From the NCBI GenBank assembly GCA_041178085.1, contig JBEGVZ010000096.1:1-25768 (forward strand): a stretch of DNA of 25,768 nucleotides, in the 5' to 3' direction. Below, in pieces: positions 16,765-25,295 of this stretch; position 1 is the stretch's first letter; every line of letters begins with the position of its first letter. The translations under genes were made by a program, and so were the position numbers. The notes under the pieces were generated by a model that was not told the DNA's origin, ran no database searches, and saw nothing but the letters and a program-made list of their open reading frames with translations. The stretch is from Pseudomonadota bacterium. Its GTDB lineage: Bacteria > Bdellovibrionota_B > Oligoflexia > Oligoflexales > RGVZ01.

Positions 16765-17598
16765 TCAGCGGATCCAGCTACCAGGGTCTTCGAAGCATTT
16801 ACGGATGGTGGCTGCCATCTTCGCGCCCACCACGCCATCGATCAAACGGTGATCGAATGTAACGCCGAGGGTGATTTTCCGGGCTGCTAAAACTTTTCCG
16901 TCGCGGACAACCGGCACTTCCTCGACCGCTCCGAGCGCAATCACCATCGGAACATGGGAGTAGGGGACAAGAGGGGCCAGGCCCCGCGTCATTCCAAGGC
17001 TACCAATGTTCGTGATCATGACCGAACCAAAGGAGTTTTTCGGCGTACCCAAAAGCGGGGACCACAAGTTCAGGCGGAACATGAAAAACGAGCTGAAGTC
17101 GATGACGGCCTTCACTGCCCAGTGAGGCAAAGCGCCAAAAAGGGATTTTAAACGGGCGAAGCTCTTGTCTTCGTTGGCTCGAATTGCGGCTACCTTCAGG
17201 TTCATCTCGGCTGCGATCTCTGTCACCGTTTTTGTGTCGGCACGATGGATGACAACCCCGCTGAGGTCCTCTCCGCGACTATCTGTTGCCACCTGAAAGA
17301 AAACAGAAACGTCCTCGCGTTGATAAAGTCGCCCCCACCGGACGATGCAATTGATCTCAGGATGAAGCTTGAATACCTCCGCGATCACCCGGCCTGTGAA
17401 GTGTGTCAGGGTGACACGCTCGCCGGAACTTGCTGTTCGCTCACTGATGAAATTCAGGGCGGCCTCGGCATCGACGTCAAGAAAAGCATAGACCGATGGA
17501 TCGCCGGGGCTGGCCCAACCACTGACGGCTATCTTGCGCCAACTGGAAACCCTGTTCAGCGGCTTCAACCCTAGATGGCGTTCCACAGGAAGGCTCAT
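16765..17598 (-). CDS. Stand-alone 2-oxo-acid dehydrogenase E2-type acyltransferase catalytic domain
   Basis: Motifs GSVMITNIGSLG, PVVRDG and TFDHRLIDG (HxxxDG). No lipoyl domain. Likely start is ATG 17598, because the longer ORF overlaps the neighbouring gene. Confidence 0.88.
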   Translation of the reverse strand: MSLPVERHLGLKPLNRVSSWRKIAVSGWASPGDPSVYAFLDVDAEAALNFISERTASSGERVTLTHFTGRVIAEVFKLHPEINCIVRWGRLYQREDVSVFFQVATDSRGEDLSGVVIHRADTKTVTEIAAEMNLKVAAIRANEDKSFARLKSLFGALPHWAVKAVIDFSSFFMFRLNLWSPLLGTPKNSFGSVMITNIGSLGMTRGLAPLVPYSHVPMVIALGAVEEVPVVRDGKVLAARKITLGVTFDHRLIDGVVGAKMAATIRKCFEDPGSWIR

Positions 17599-17614
17599 AC
17601 CACACCACCACCAT

Positions 17615-18247
17615 TCATGACCTGAAACCGATCCGGCCGTCGGGGCCCATTTGGACACAGCCCATCCTGGATTCAAATCCGCCATCTGCGTCTCGACCAC
17701 CTGCGGGGACGATCGAGGACCTGTCGAGGGTTCCCATGAACTGTTGATGGAATGGCATCTCTTTGCGGCCATCAGATTCATCCAAGAGGAAGTTTTTCGC
17801 GGAAAACTCGTCCATCATGACGTTTGTTCCTGTGACTTCCATCTCAAGGGGCGAACGACGTCCGGTCCTTTCATTGCAGCTCGACTTGAACGGGCCGTGC
17901 AGAAAAAGCTTCTGCCCCTGCAAACTATAGGCACCAAGGTTGGATTCGGAGAGCATGACGGTAACGGGGGAACCGGATTGCTTGTCAGAAAAGTAGTAAC
18001 CGTGGCGCATCATATAGACCCCGGAGCTGCTCAGGATCAACTGAACGAATCCACCAGAATTTACCTCCAGGCGCCACTCCCGCAACTGGTGGGTAGGTGC
18101 GAGGCCGGCTCCGCCTTGCCGGAGCTGGGCCGAGGCTGCTTCGGCTGCGCTTTTACGGCGCCCCACCGAAGCGCAGGATGCCTGCATGGCGACGGTCGCT
18201 GCGACCAACGCTGCGAGGATACGTCTTGCTAATGGCCCTGCCACCAT
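17615..18247 (-). CDS. Hypothetical lipoprotein (210 aa)
   Basis: RBS GGAGGAG precedes ATG 18247. Signal MVAGPLARRILAALVAATVAMQAS-C, followed by a beta-rich mature region. No family recognised. Confidence 0.7.
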   Translation of the reverse strand: MVAGPLARRILAALVAATVAMQASCASVGRRKSAAEAASAQLRQGGAGLAPTHQLREWRLEVNSGGFVQLILSSSGVYMMRHGYYFSDKQSGSPVTVMLSESNLGAYSLQGQKLFLHGPFKSSCNERTGRRSPLEMEVTGTNVMMDEFSAKNFLLDESDGRKEMPFHQQFMGTLDRSSIVPAGGRDADGGFESRMGCVQMGPDGRIGFRS

Positions 18248-18329
18248 GGCACTCCTCCGCACCTCGCCTTCTGAGCGAAGCTGGGAGTGTGTTGCGGAAG
18301 GAAATGGGAAAACTAGAGAGAAAAAACGC

Positions 18330-18357
18330 AAAATCCCGTTTTCACGGGATTTTTTTT
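18330..18357. terminator. Intrinsic terminator, potentially bidirectional
   Basis: Perfect inverted repeat AAAATCCCGT-TTTC-ACGGGATTTT, with a GAAA loop on the minus strand and T-rich tails on both strands. Confidence 0.75.
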
Positions 18358-18403
18358 GCTAATTTGAACTTTTTCCAAGCGCCTTAACTGGCCTTGAATG
18401 GGA

Positions 18404-18739
18404 TCAATAAGTGGTTGCGACCAAGGCTGTCCGGCTGACCACACACGTGCTGGCCTTGTCCCGGGCACGTTGATTCCATTTCACGGTAACTTCAAAGCGT
18501 TCGTGCCCTGGCCAGATGCCGCCCTCGTAATCTTCGTAAGCAAGAAAGGAGAACTCGTAAAGGAAAGTATCTCCGCTCCGCATGACCAGACGGGGGTCTG
18601 TTTCCTCGTAAACCTTGGGGTCGGCCGCGCTTGTTGCCTGCATCTGCCTGAGGGATTCGCTGGCAGCAGCAAGGCGGGCTTCCTCCATGCAGGGCATGGC
18701 GGCAACGAGAGCAAGTTTAACGAAAGCTGGGGCTGGCAT
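18404..18739 (-). CDS. Hypothetical protein (111 aa)
   Basis: RBS GAGGAG precedes the ATG, the ORF fills the gap without overlap, and a terminator follows. No family recognised. Confidence 0.65.
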   Translation of the reverse strand: MPAPAFVKLALVAAMPCMEEARLAAASESLRQMQATSAADPKVYEETDPRLVMRSGDTFLYEFSFLAYEDYEGGIWPGHERFEVTVKWNQRARDKASTCVVSRTALVATTY

Positions 18740-18864
18740 GGCGCACTCCTCAAGGCGACCGGACGTCTGGTCGTCAGATCATGGAATGCGCGTATAATGC
18801 CAGTGGGCCAAGGGTTACAAGGAAAATGTGCATGAGGTCACCAGAGCTTCCGGCGACCCCCGCT

Positions 18865-19500
18865 TCAAGGTGATTTAAGAAACGGAAATGCGCCGGTCAG
18901 GCCATTGATAATGAACTGGACGGCGACTGCCGTCAGGATCACGCCCATGATCCGTGTGAGTAGATTCAGTCCCGTCCGGCCGAGCAATTTGTAAAGAAGC
19001 GGGGCCCCTTTCAGGGTCAGGTGCGAAAGTCCAAGGGCTGCAACAAGAGCAACGAGAAGGGCGACAAGCGAGGTCGTCCCCTTGACCTCACTGGCAAACA
19101 GGACAACGGTGGAAATGGCACCGGGTCCAGCAAGAAGAGGCATGCCCAGGGGAAATACGGAAATGTCATCCCGTGCCATGCCCTCGTACTGTTCCTCTGG
19201 CTGAACGCGCTCGCGGCTGGAGTTCAGCTGGGCGATCCCAAGGAGCAGCAGCAAAATGCCGCCTGCGATCTGGAAAGCCGGCAGGGTGATGCCGAACATT
19301 TTGAAAATAGCCGTTCCAGTCAGGGCAAAAGTCATCAAGATGCCAAGGGCCAGCATCGATGCCTTGCGCCTGGTCTGCCGCAACGCCTCCGGGGAATACC
19401 CTTCCGTCAGGCTCAGGTAGATCGGAACCACCGCGAAGGGATCGATGATCACGAAAATCGCGACAAAAGTGTTGAAGGTAGCGAGCATCAGACCGGACAT
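18865..19500 (-). CDS. marC: MarC family inner-membrane protein
   Basis: Motifs IIDPF, FGITLPAFQIAGGILL, FPLGMPLLAGPGAI and TRIMGVIL. ATG at 19500 with RBS GGAGG. Confidence 0.95.
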   Translation of the reverse strand: MSGLMLATFNTFVAIFVIIDPFAVVPIYLSLTEGYSPEALRQTRRKASMLALGILMTFALTGTAIFKMFGITLPAFQIAGGILLLLLGIAQLNSSRERVQPEEQYEGMARDDISVFPLGMPLLAGPGAISTVVLFASEVKGTTSLVALLVALVAALGLSHLTLKGAPLLYKLLGRTGLNLLTRIMGVILTAVAVQFIINGLTGAFPFLKSP

Positions 19501-19624
19501 GCTTTTTTGCCTCCGGCAGACCGTCTTTTGACGAAGCCGCCTTTCCCATTTTACGGGGTTCGATTGACCTTTACAAACCGGGCCACATGCCGTATCCCGA
19601 ACCACCTTTTTTGCAGGTTGGAGC

Positions 19625-20710
19625 ATGTACGAACTTCGCTGCGAATCCCTTGAAAAATCGTTTGGAAGCTTCGCGCTTCAGGCGCTGGACCTTGCCATCC
19701 AACCGGGCGAATTCTTTTCACTTCTTGGTCCCTCCGGCTGTGGCAAGACGACCGTCCTGAGGCTTCTCGGCGGATTCGAGCAGCCTGGCCGCGGTCGTAT
19801 CATGCTGGGTGAGCGCGACATCACCCGCCTGCCGCCCCACAAACGCAACGTACACACGGTCTTCCAGCGCTACGCTTTGTTTCCGCACTTGAACGTCTTT
19901 GAAAATGTGGCGTTCAGCCTGCGGTTGAAAAAGCTTCCCCGTGCCGAGATCGCGCGCCGCGTCGAAGAGACGATGTCATTGACCGAAATCGGGCAACTTG
20001 CCCAGAGGCGGATCAACCAATTGAGCGGCGGTCAGGCCCAGCGGGTGGCTCTGGCCCGCGCACTTGTGGACCAACCGGCTGTTCTCCTCCTGGACGAGCC
20101 TTTTTCCGCGCTCGACCCATCGCTGCGGGTTCGGGTCCGCGAGGAACTGCGCGCAATTTGCAAGAAAGTGGGAGCCACGTTCATCCTGGTCACCCACGAT
20201 CAGGAGGAAGCCCTCCAGCTGTCTGACCGTCTTGCTGTCATGAGGGATGGGCGCTGCCTGCAGGTCGGGACACCCAAGATGATCTATGAGGATCCGGCTG
20301 ACGCGTTTGTGGCCAGCTTCATTGGCCCGGTCAATGAGATCCGCGGCGAACTGGCCGAAACCCAGCCTGGCGAGTGGTCGGTCAACTCACCGGCAGGCAC
20401 GTTCCGTGTCAAAAAGAACGGCACGCCCCTGCCACGCGAAGTATCGATGCTTCTGCGACCGGAAAAGATGCGCCTGCTCCGCCAGAAATCAAGCGCCCAG
20501 GAAAATCTGATCGAAGGCGAAATCCTGGATCTGACCTATCTGGGATCCCGGACGGAGTACACGATCCGTTCCAGGGACAGTATTTTCAAGGTTTCTGAGG
20601 CTGAAATGGAGCGCCAGAAAAAGCGCCTCCTGAACCCCAGAGACCGAGTCTTCCTGTCGTGGAAATCTGAAGATGCGATTTTGCTGCCGCAAACGGGGCC
20701 GGCGCGGTGA
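19625..20710 (+). CDS. potA: Spermidine/putrescine ABC transporter ATPase
   Basis: Motifs GPSGCGKTT, VFQRYALFPHL, LSGGQ, LLLDEP and VTHDQEEA, plus a C-terminal TOBE-like region. Heads a potABCD cluster. Confidence 0.92.
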   Translation: MYELRCESLEKSFGSFALQALDLAIQPGEFFSLLGPSGCGKTTVLRLLGGFEQPGRGRIMLGERDITRLPPHKRNVHTVFQRYALFPHLNVFENVAFSLRLKKLPRAEIARRVEETMSLTEIGQLAQRRINQLSGGQAQRVALARALVDQPAVLLLDEPFSALDPSLRVRVREELRAICKKVGATFILVTHDQEEALQLSDRLAVMRDGRCLQVGTPKMIYEDPADAFVASFIGPVNEIRGELAETQPGEWSVNSPAGTFRVKKNGTPLPREVSMLLRPEKMRLLRQKSSAQENLIEGEILDLTYLGSRTEYTIRSRDSIFKVSEAEMERQKKRLLNPRDRVFLSWKSEDAILLPQTGPAR

Positions 20711-21582
20711 AGGTAGAAGTGAAAAGGCTGGTTTTGCGGCTTCGCGACTGGCCACCCAGCGCCTGGATTTTCTTTGCCTGGCTTGTCTGCCTGAGCCTGT
20801 TGCCGTTTCTGATCATATTTGCCATGAGCTTTGCCGTCCGCTCGCCGGGCGGTGATATCGCCTGGACATTTACCCTGGCCAATTACGAACGGGCGTTCCA
20901 CCTCGTTTACCTGCGCGTCCTGACCAAGACCGTCTTCCTGTCCGCTGGTGCCACGCTGACTTGCCTTCTGGTTGGATTTCCAGTGGCTTACTATTTGGCC
21001 CGTGCCAGCCACGCCCAGCGACAAATTGGCCTGATCCTTCTTTTCATACCGTTTTGGACAAACTTCATTCTGCGGATCTACGGGATCGTCTCAATCTTCG
21101 GAAACCACGGCCTGCTCAACCAGCTGCTCATGCGTTGGGGTTTAGTAGATACCCCGGTTGAGATCCTCTACACGCGCGCCGGTGTTTACCTTGGCCTGGT
21201 TTACAACTACTTGCCATTCCTGGTTGTGCCGCTGTTTTCAGCCCTGGAAAAGTTTGACCTATCCCTCCGGGAAGCTGCCATGGACCTTGGCGCGAACCGC
21301 TGGCAAACCTTCACCCGGGTGCTCCTTCCGAACGTCAAGGAGGGGGTCGCCGTTGGCAGCCTGTTCGTGTTCATCCCAATGATGGGCGAATATGTGATTC
21401 CAGATCTTCTGGGCGGAGCCAAGGAAGTCTTCCTGGGCAAGGTGATGGTCGAACAGTTCTTCACCATGCATGACTGGCCATTTGGTTCAGCCCTGGCGAG
21501 CATTCTGTCGCTGGGCCTTGTCCTCGCCGTCTGGCTTCGCATGAGCCTTGAACGGACCAGATCCCAAACCACTTCTTCTTGA
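20707..21582 (+). CDS. potB: Polyamine ABC transporter permease
   Basis: Motifs IPFWTNFILRIY, EAAMDLGA, IPDLLGG and DWPFGSA. GTGA overlap with potA. Confidence 0.92.
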   Translation: MKVEVKRLVLRLRDWPPSAWIFFAWLVCLSLLPFLIIFAMSFAVRSPGGDIAWTFTLANYERAFHLVYLRVLTKTVFLSAGATLTCLLVGFPVAYYLARASHAQRQIGLILLFIPFWTNFILRIYGIVSIFGNHGLLNQLLMRWGLVDTPVEILYTRAGVYLGLVYNYLPFLVVPLFSALEKFDLSLREAAMDLGANRWQTFTRVLLPNVKEGVAVGSLFVFIPMMGEYVIPDLLGGAKEVFLGKVMVEQFFTMHDWPFGSALASILSLGLVLAVWLRMSLERTRSQTTSS

Positions 21583-21585
21583 GGC

Positions 21586-22422
21586 ATGGACGTGGCCAGC
21601 CAGCGGGAAAAAAATATCGAATCAGCCGGGGCCATCCGCCCACCCAACCGGTTTGTCACCTTCGCCTTCTGGCTGACGATCGGCTTCCTCTACCTGCCTC
21701 TGGCCTGGCTTGTTGTCCAAGCGTTCCTGAACGATCCAGCGAACCTGGCGAGCGGCTTCACACTGCGCTGGCTGGAAGCCCTCTTTGCCAGTGACGCCCT
21801 TTGGGAGCCGCTCATGAACAGCCTGATTATCGGGATTGCTGCCGCAACCCTGGCAACGGTCGTCGGCACACTGGGAGCCGTCGGTTTTGGTCCATTCTCA
21901 ACGTTCATGCCGCCTGGACTCCACGCTTTGATCGTCCTCCCGATCATGATCCCGGAGGTCATCACTGGCCTTTCCCTGCTGCTTTTTTTCCTGCTATTCC
22001 AGTTTGAACTCGGGATGGGGACTGTGATCCTGGCACACGCAAGCTTCAGCGCCAGCTTCGTCTATTTCATCATGGTCGAGCAGCTCAGGAAGCTGGATCC
22101 GAACCTTGGCGAGGCAGCCTATGACCTGGGCGCCCGGCCCGGGCAGATCTTCTGGAAAGTCATACTGCCCAACATCATCCCGGGCATCATGGGTGGCTGG
22201 TTGTTGTCGTTTACCATCTCTTTTGATGACTTCCTGATCTCGTTTTTCACGAGCGGTGCCGGACTTGTTACATTACCCTTGAAAATCTATTCTTTGATGC
22301 GCATAGGATTCTCACCGGAATTAAACGCCATGTCGCTGGTGATGGTTGCACTTTCGACGGGGCTGGTACTGTTGCTTTGGTCGCGGGAGCAGAGCCGCAA
22401 ATGGGTGATCAGCGGATCCTGA
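21586..22422 (+). CDS. potC: Polyamine ABC transporter permease
   Basis: Motifs FLYLP, GFTLRW, EAAYDLGA, SFDDFLISFF, TLPLKIYS and PELNA. Confidence 0.92.
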   Translation: MDVASQREKNIESAGAIRPPNRFVTFAFWLTIGFLYLPLAWLVVQAFLNDPANLASGFTLRWLEALFASDALWEPLMNSLIIGIAAATLATVVGTLGAVGFGPFSTFMPPGLHALIVLPIMIPEVITGLSLLLFFLLFQFELGMGTVILAHASFSASFVYFIMVEQLRKLDPNLGEAAYDLGARPGQIFWKVILPNIIPGIMGGWLLSFTISFDDFLISFFTSGAGLVTLPLKIYSLMRIGFSPELNAMSLVMVALSTGLVLLLWSREQSRKWVISGS

Positions 22423-23468
22423 AAACCATCCTGAATGCTGCCTTGGCCTTTGGTCTGATGGCCGGGGGCGGCTATTTGATGGTCCGGAAGAAAACAGACG
22501 CGCCGGTCGTGCTGCGCGTCTGCACATGGAGCAATTACCTCACCCCTGAAGCTGTATCCGGATTTGAGGCCCAGACGGGCATCAAGGTCGAGCTTTCTTT
22601 CATCAGCAGCAACGAGGAGCTGTTTGCCAAACTGCGGGCCGGGGCAACCGGCTTTGACATCATCCAACCATCGGACTACATGACCCGCCAGATGGTCCGC
22701 CTTGGCATGCTCCGGGAACTCGACCATGCCCGCCTGATGAACCTTGGCAACCTATCCCTTGATGCACGCAATCCCTCGTACGACCCTGGCCTGAAACATG
22801 TGCTGCCGTTTTCCTGGGGAACCACCGGCCTGGTCATCAATACCAAAAAGGTAAATATCCCGGCGGGTGAACAACCGGGGTGGGGGCTTTTATTTGAATC
22901 GCCTGACCCCCACCACACATCGCTCCTCGACGACATGCGCGAAGTATTTGCAGCCATGCTCATCTGGAAAGGATTCTCACCAAACAGCGGGGACCACGGC
23001 CAACTTTCTGCGGCCAAGGATACGATCCGCTCAATCCGGGAAAAAATCCTGATGTTCACATCAGAGCCGAGGCAATACTTGTCTCGCGATGAACTGCACA
23101 TCAGCCATTCTTACTCAATGGATGCATTGCAGGTTGCTGCAGCCAGGGGTGATTTTCGCTATTTCATACCGCGCGAGGGCGCGGTTCGCTGGACGGATAA
23201 CTTTGCGATTCCATCAACCGCCAAGCACGTGGCAGAAGCGCATCGCCTCCTGGATTACCTGCTTGACGGGAAGGTTGCAGCAGAGCTGGCAACTGCTGGA
23301 CGTTTTTCCACGGTCAACGACGCGGCAAAGAACTGGTTGCCGGCAGAAGACCGGGCAAATCCGGCCCTTTATCCCGACAAGGAAACCCTTGGCCGCCTTC
23401 ATTACTTGGAGGACATCGGGGATTCGCTGGCGGTGATGAACCGGATGTGGGCGGAACTCAAAATTTGA
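22401..23468 (+). CDS. potD: Polyamine ABC transporter substrate-binding protein
   Basis: Motifs TWSNY, SNEELFAKL, FDIIQPSDY, WGTTG, DDMRE and WTDNFAIP. Probable start is ATG 22401. Confidence 0.9.
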   Translation: MGDQRILKTILNAALAFGLMAGGGYLMVRKKTDAPVVLRVCTWSNYLTPEAVSGFEAQTGIKVELSFISSNEELFAKLRAGATGFDIIQPSDYMTRQMVRLGMLRELDHARLMNLGNLSLDARNPSYDPGLKHVLPFSWGTTGLVINTKKVNIPAGEQPGWGLLFESPDPHHTSLLDDMREVFAAMLIWKGFSPNSGDHGQLSAAKDTIRSIREKILMFTSEPRQYLSRDELHISHSYSMDALQVAAARGDFRYFIPREGAVRWTDNFAIPSTAKHVAEAHRLLDYLLDGKVAAELATAGRFSTVNDAAKNWLPAEDRANPALYPDKETLGRLHYLEDIGDSLAVMNRMWAELKI

Positions 23469-23475
23469 AACTCGG

Positions 23476-24504
23476 TCAGCTTTTTCTCTCGATCTTCCGG
23501 CGTGCCTCACGCAAGGCTTCCTCACGACTCTCACCGAGTCCATGGCCTCGATAGCTGCGGACCAGTCCTGATACCGTCTGGCCGTCTCTTTCCGCAAAAG
23601 ACACGGAACAAACCAGCTCCGTAACCATGAAGCCCGTTTGCACCATGGGAGGGAAATCCTTTCGCTCACAGGCAGCCGTTGCGATATTTGGTGCGGAACC
23701 GCTACTCGACAGGGCAAAACCTTCTTCCCCAAGCAGGCGTGAAATGGACTCGGAAACTGCCACAGCCTCTGGATCGGCTGCACGCAAGTGGAAGGAGAAT
23801 CCGGAGAACACCCGGTTCGCAGCGGCTTCGAGCCCATCGAAGGCGCCGGGATCTGTGGTCATGCATGAATTGAACGTCCGGCAAATCGAGAGAAGATCCC
23901 GTGCCGGCTGACCCTCGGTTTTCATGAATGACTTTGCCCTGGCTGCAACCGAGAGGATTTCGCCGCGTGACACTGCAACGCTCTGCAATGACTCACGCAT
24001 CGAGCCAGCTTCACGAAGAACCGGAGCAACCCGGACCTGGATATTCCGAAAAAACGCTGCACGTTCCAAAGTTACAACCGCTTCCCACCGTGTACCCTGA
24101 CGGCAGCGTTTTGCCGTCGAAAGGCCGGTTAGAAGCGCATCCACGGTGCTTCGCGTCAGGCTGGAGATTTCAACAGAGCGTGTGGTTTCCTGGGACGTCC
24201 CCTCGGAGGAAATCCGTGTCTGGATCTGCCGCACAAGGTCTGCTGCGGCCTGGGCGGTCGCTTCATCCATGGTCGAAGCTTCACCAAAGCCTAAGAATGA
24301 CGTTGGCTGCGTCTCCCGTAATTTTTCTGCCACTTGAAGGCAGTCCGGTGCTACAGCAGTAGTCGCCTCAGCGGCTTCGGGCGTGGGCGCTGCGATCACT
24401 GGGGCGGGCTCCCGCCTCGATACGCAGCTGCTTGTCCACCACGGGGCAAGGAGGGCCCCTGCCACCGTGGCTGTGACAATGGATTTCCCGCAGGCAATCC
24501 TCAC
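23476..24504 (-). CDS. LPP20-domain lipoprotein (342 aa)
   Basis: Signal ends in an atypical lipobox TSS-C, followed by a Pro/Ala tether. LPP20-like segment FLGFGEAST.DEATAQAAADLVRQIQTRISS and a C-terminal GHGLGESREEAL. GTGA overlap with the upstream gene. Confidence 0.65.
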   Translation of the reverse strand: MRIACGKSIVTATVAGALLAPWWTSSCVSRREPAPVIAAPTPEAAEATTAVAPDCLQVAEKLRETQPTSFLGFGEASTMDEATAQAAADLVRQIQTRISSEGTSQETTRSVEISSLTRSTVDALLTGLSTAKRCRQGTRWEAVVTLERAAFFRNIQVRVAPVLREAGSMRESLQSVAVSRGEILSVAARAKSFMKTEGQPARDLLSICRTFNSCMTTDPGAFDGLEAAANRVFSGFSFHLRAADPEAVAVSESISRLLGEEGFALSSSGSAPNIATAACERKDFPPMVQTGFMVTELVCSVSFAERDGQTVSGLVRSYRGHGLGESREEALREARRKIERKS

Positions 24505-25172
24505 TGGGCGGATTCGCCTTCAGCCGGGGTCGCGCCTTCACGCGCCAGCTGGTCCAGGAAAGCCTTCTGACCTTCAAGGAGGCGCTTACGCAGTTCCGGG
24601 TTGGCGGCGTTTGTCTCTGTTGCCTTGCGGATCTGCTGGTCTAGAAGCGTCTTCTGGATGGCGACCTTCGCCGCACAGCGGACTTTAAGAACGCGTGACC
24701 CGCCGCCATCGCTTTCTTCAGCCTTTTCCCAGTACTTTTCTGAAATCTTCACGCCGGAAAGCTTGAGATTGCTCAGGTAGGCCACACTGCTTTCTATGGC
24801 GACGTCAGAGTTCGCGGAAGCTTCCGTGATCTGGCCTGCGGCCGTGATGCCATCCCTGATGTAACGGACAAATTCAGCGCGACCCGTATCGCCAGCGGCC
24901 TTGGTGCAGGCTTCGGGGCGGGCACTACCGTCCATCGTCATCGTCTGGACATAGATGACATTCCCTTTTTCCTCGGTGATCGGCTCCATGCCAAGCGCCC
25001 ATTTTGGTGTCTCTTTCAATCCACCAATACGCTCGATAACGCGCGATTCTTCAAACTTCGGCTTCTGGGGGGCCACTGCCTCAGTCACTTCCTTCGGGGC
25101 CGCGGGCTTGTCGCTGGTACAAGCAGCAAGGGAGAACAACACGGGAGTCAGGTACAAATGCATGCTTTTCAT
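24501..25172 (-). CDS. Lipoprotein, LPP20-like (223 aa)
   Basis: ATG 25172 follows GAGG. Lipobox LAA-C, PKW motif, an Ala-rich helix (ACTKAAGDTGRAEF) and GVKISEKYWEK. Confidence 0.7.
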   Translation of the reverse strand: MKSMHLYLTPVLFSLAACTSDKPAAPKEVTEAVAPQKPKFEESRVIERIGGLKETPKWALGMEPITEEKGNVIYVQTMTMDGSARPEACTKAAGDTGRAEFVRYIRDGITAAGQITEASANSDVAIESSVAYLSNLKLSGVKISEKYWEKAEESDGGGSRVLKVRCAAKVAIQKTLLDQQIRKATETNAANPELRKRLLEGQKAFLDQLAREGATPAEGESAQ

Positions 25173-25269
25173 CTGGTTGACCTCTGGTTGGACGGGTTCT
25201 GGTGCTGTAGATTCTGTAATTACCGTACCGTGAACGCACATTGATTACAATTTTACGACGTTTTGGCAT

Positions 25270-25285
25270 TTGGCAAAACTATTGC
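25270..25285 (+). promoter_or_regulatory. Sigma-54 -24/-12-like sequence
   Basis: TTGGCAAAACTATTGC has exact GG-N10-GC spacing. However, the implied +1 (~25297) falls on the downstream ATG. Confidence 0.3.
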
Positions 25286-25295
25286 GGAGCCGACA

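Noticed and set aside
18793..18858. Plus-strand TATAAT and a 10-bp hairpin (18836-18858) after marC
   Set aside because: There is no matching -35 or plus-strand gene. The hairpin lacks a U-tract and is probably just the marC 3' structure.
14544..18865. Genomic island integrated at tRNA-Arg
   Set aside because: I found no integrase and no duplicated tRNA 3' end by eye. Composition was not computed.
19508..19518. TGCC-GGA-GGCA hairpin on the marC SD as a CsrA site
   Set aside because: It is a single short site without the ANGGA context and is easily due to chance.
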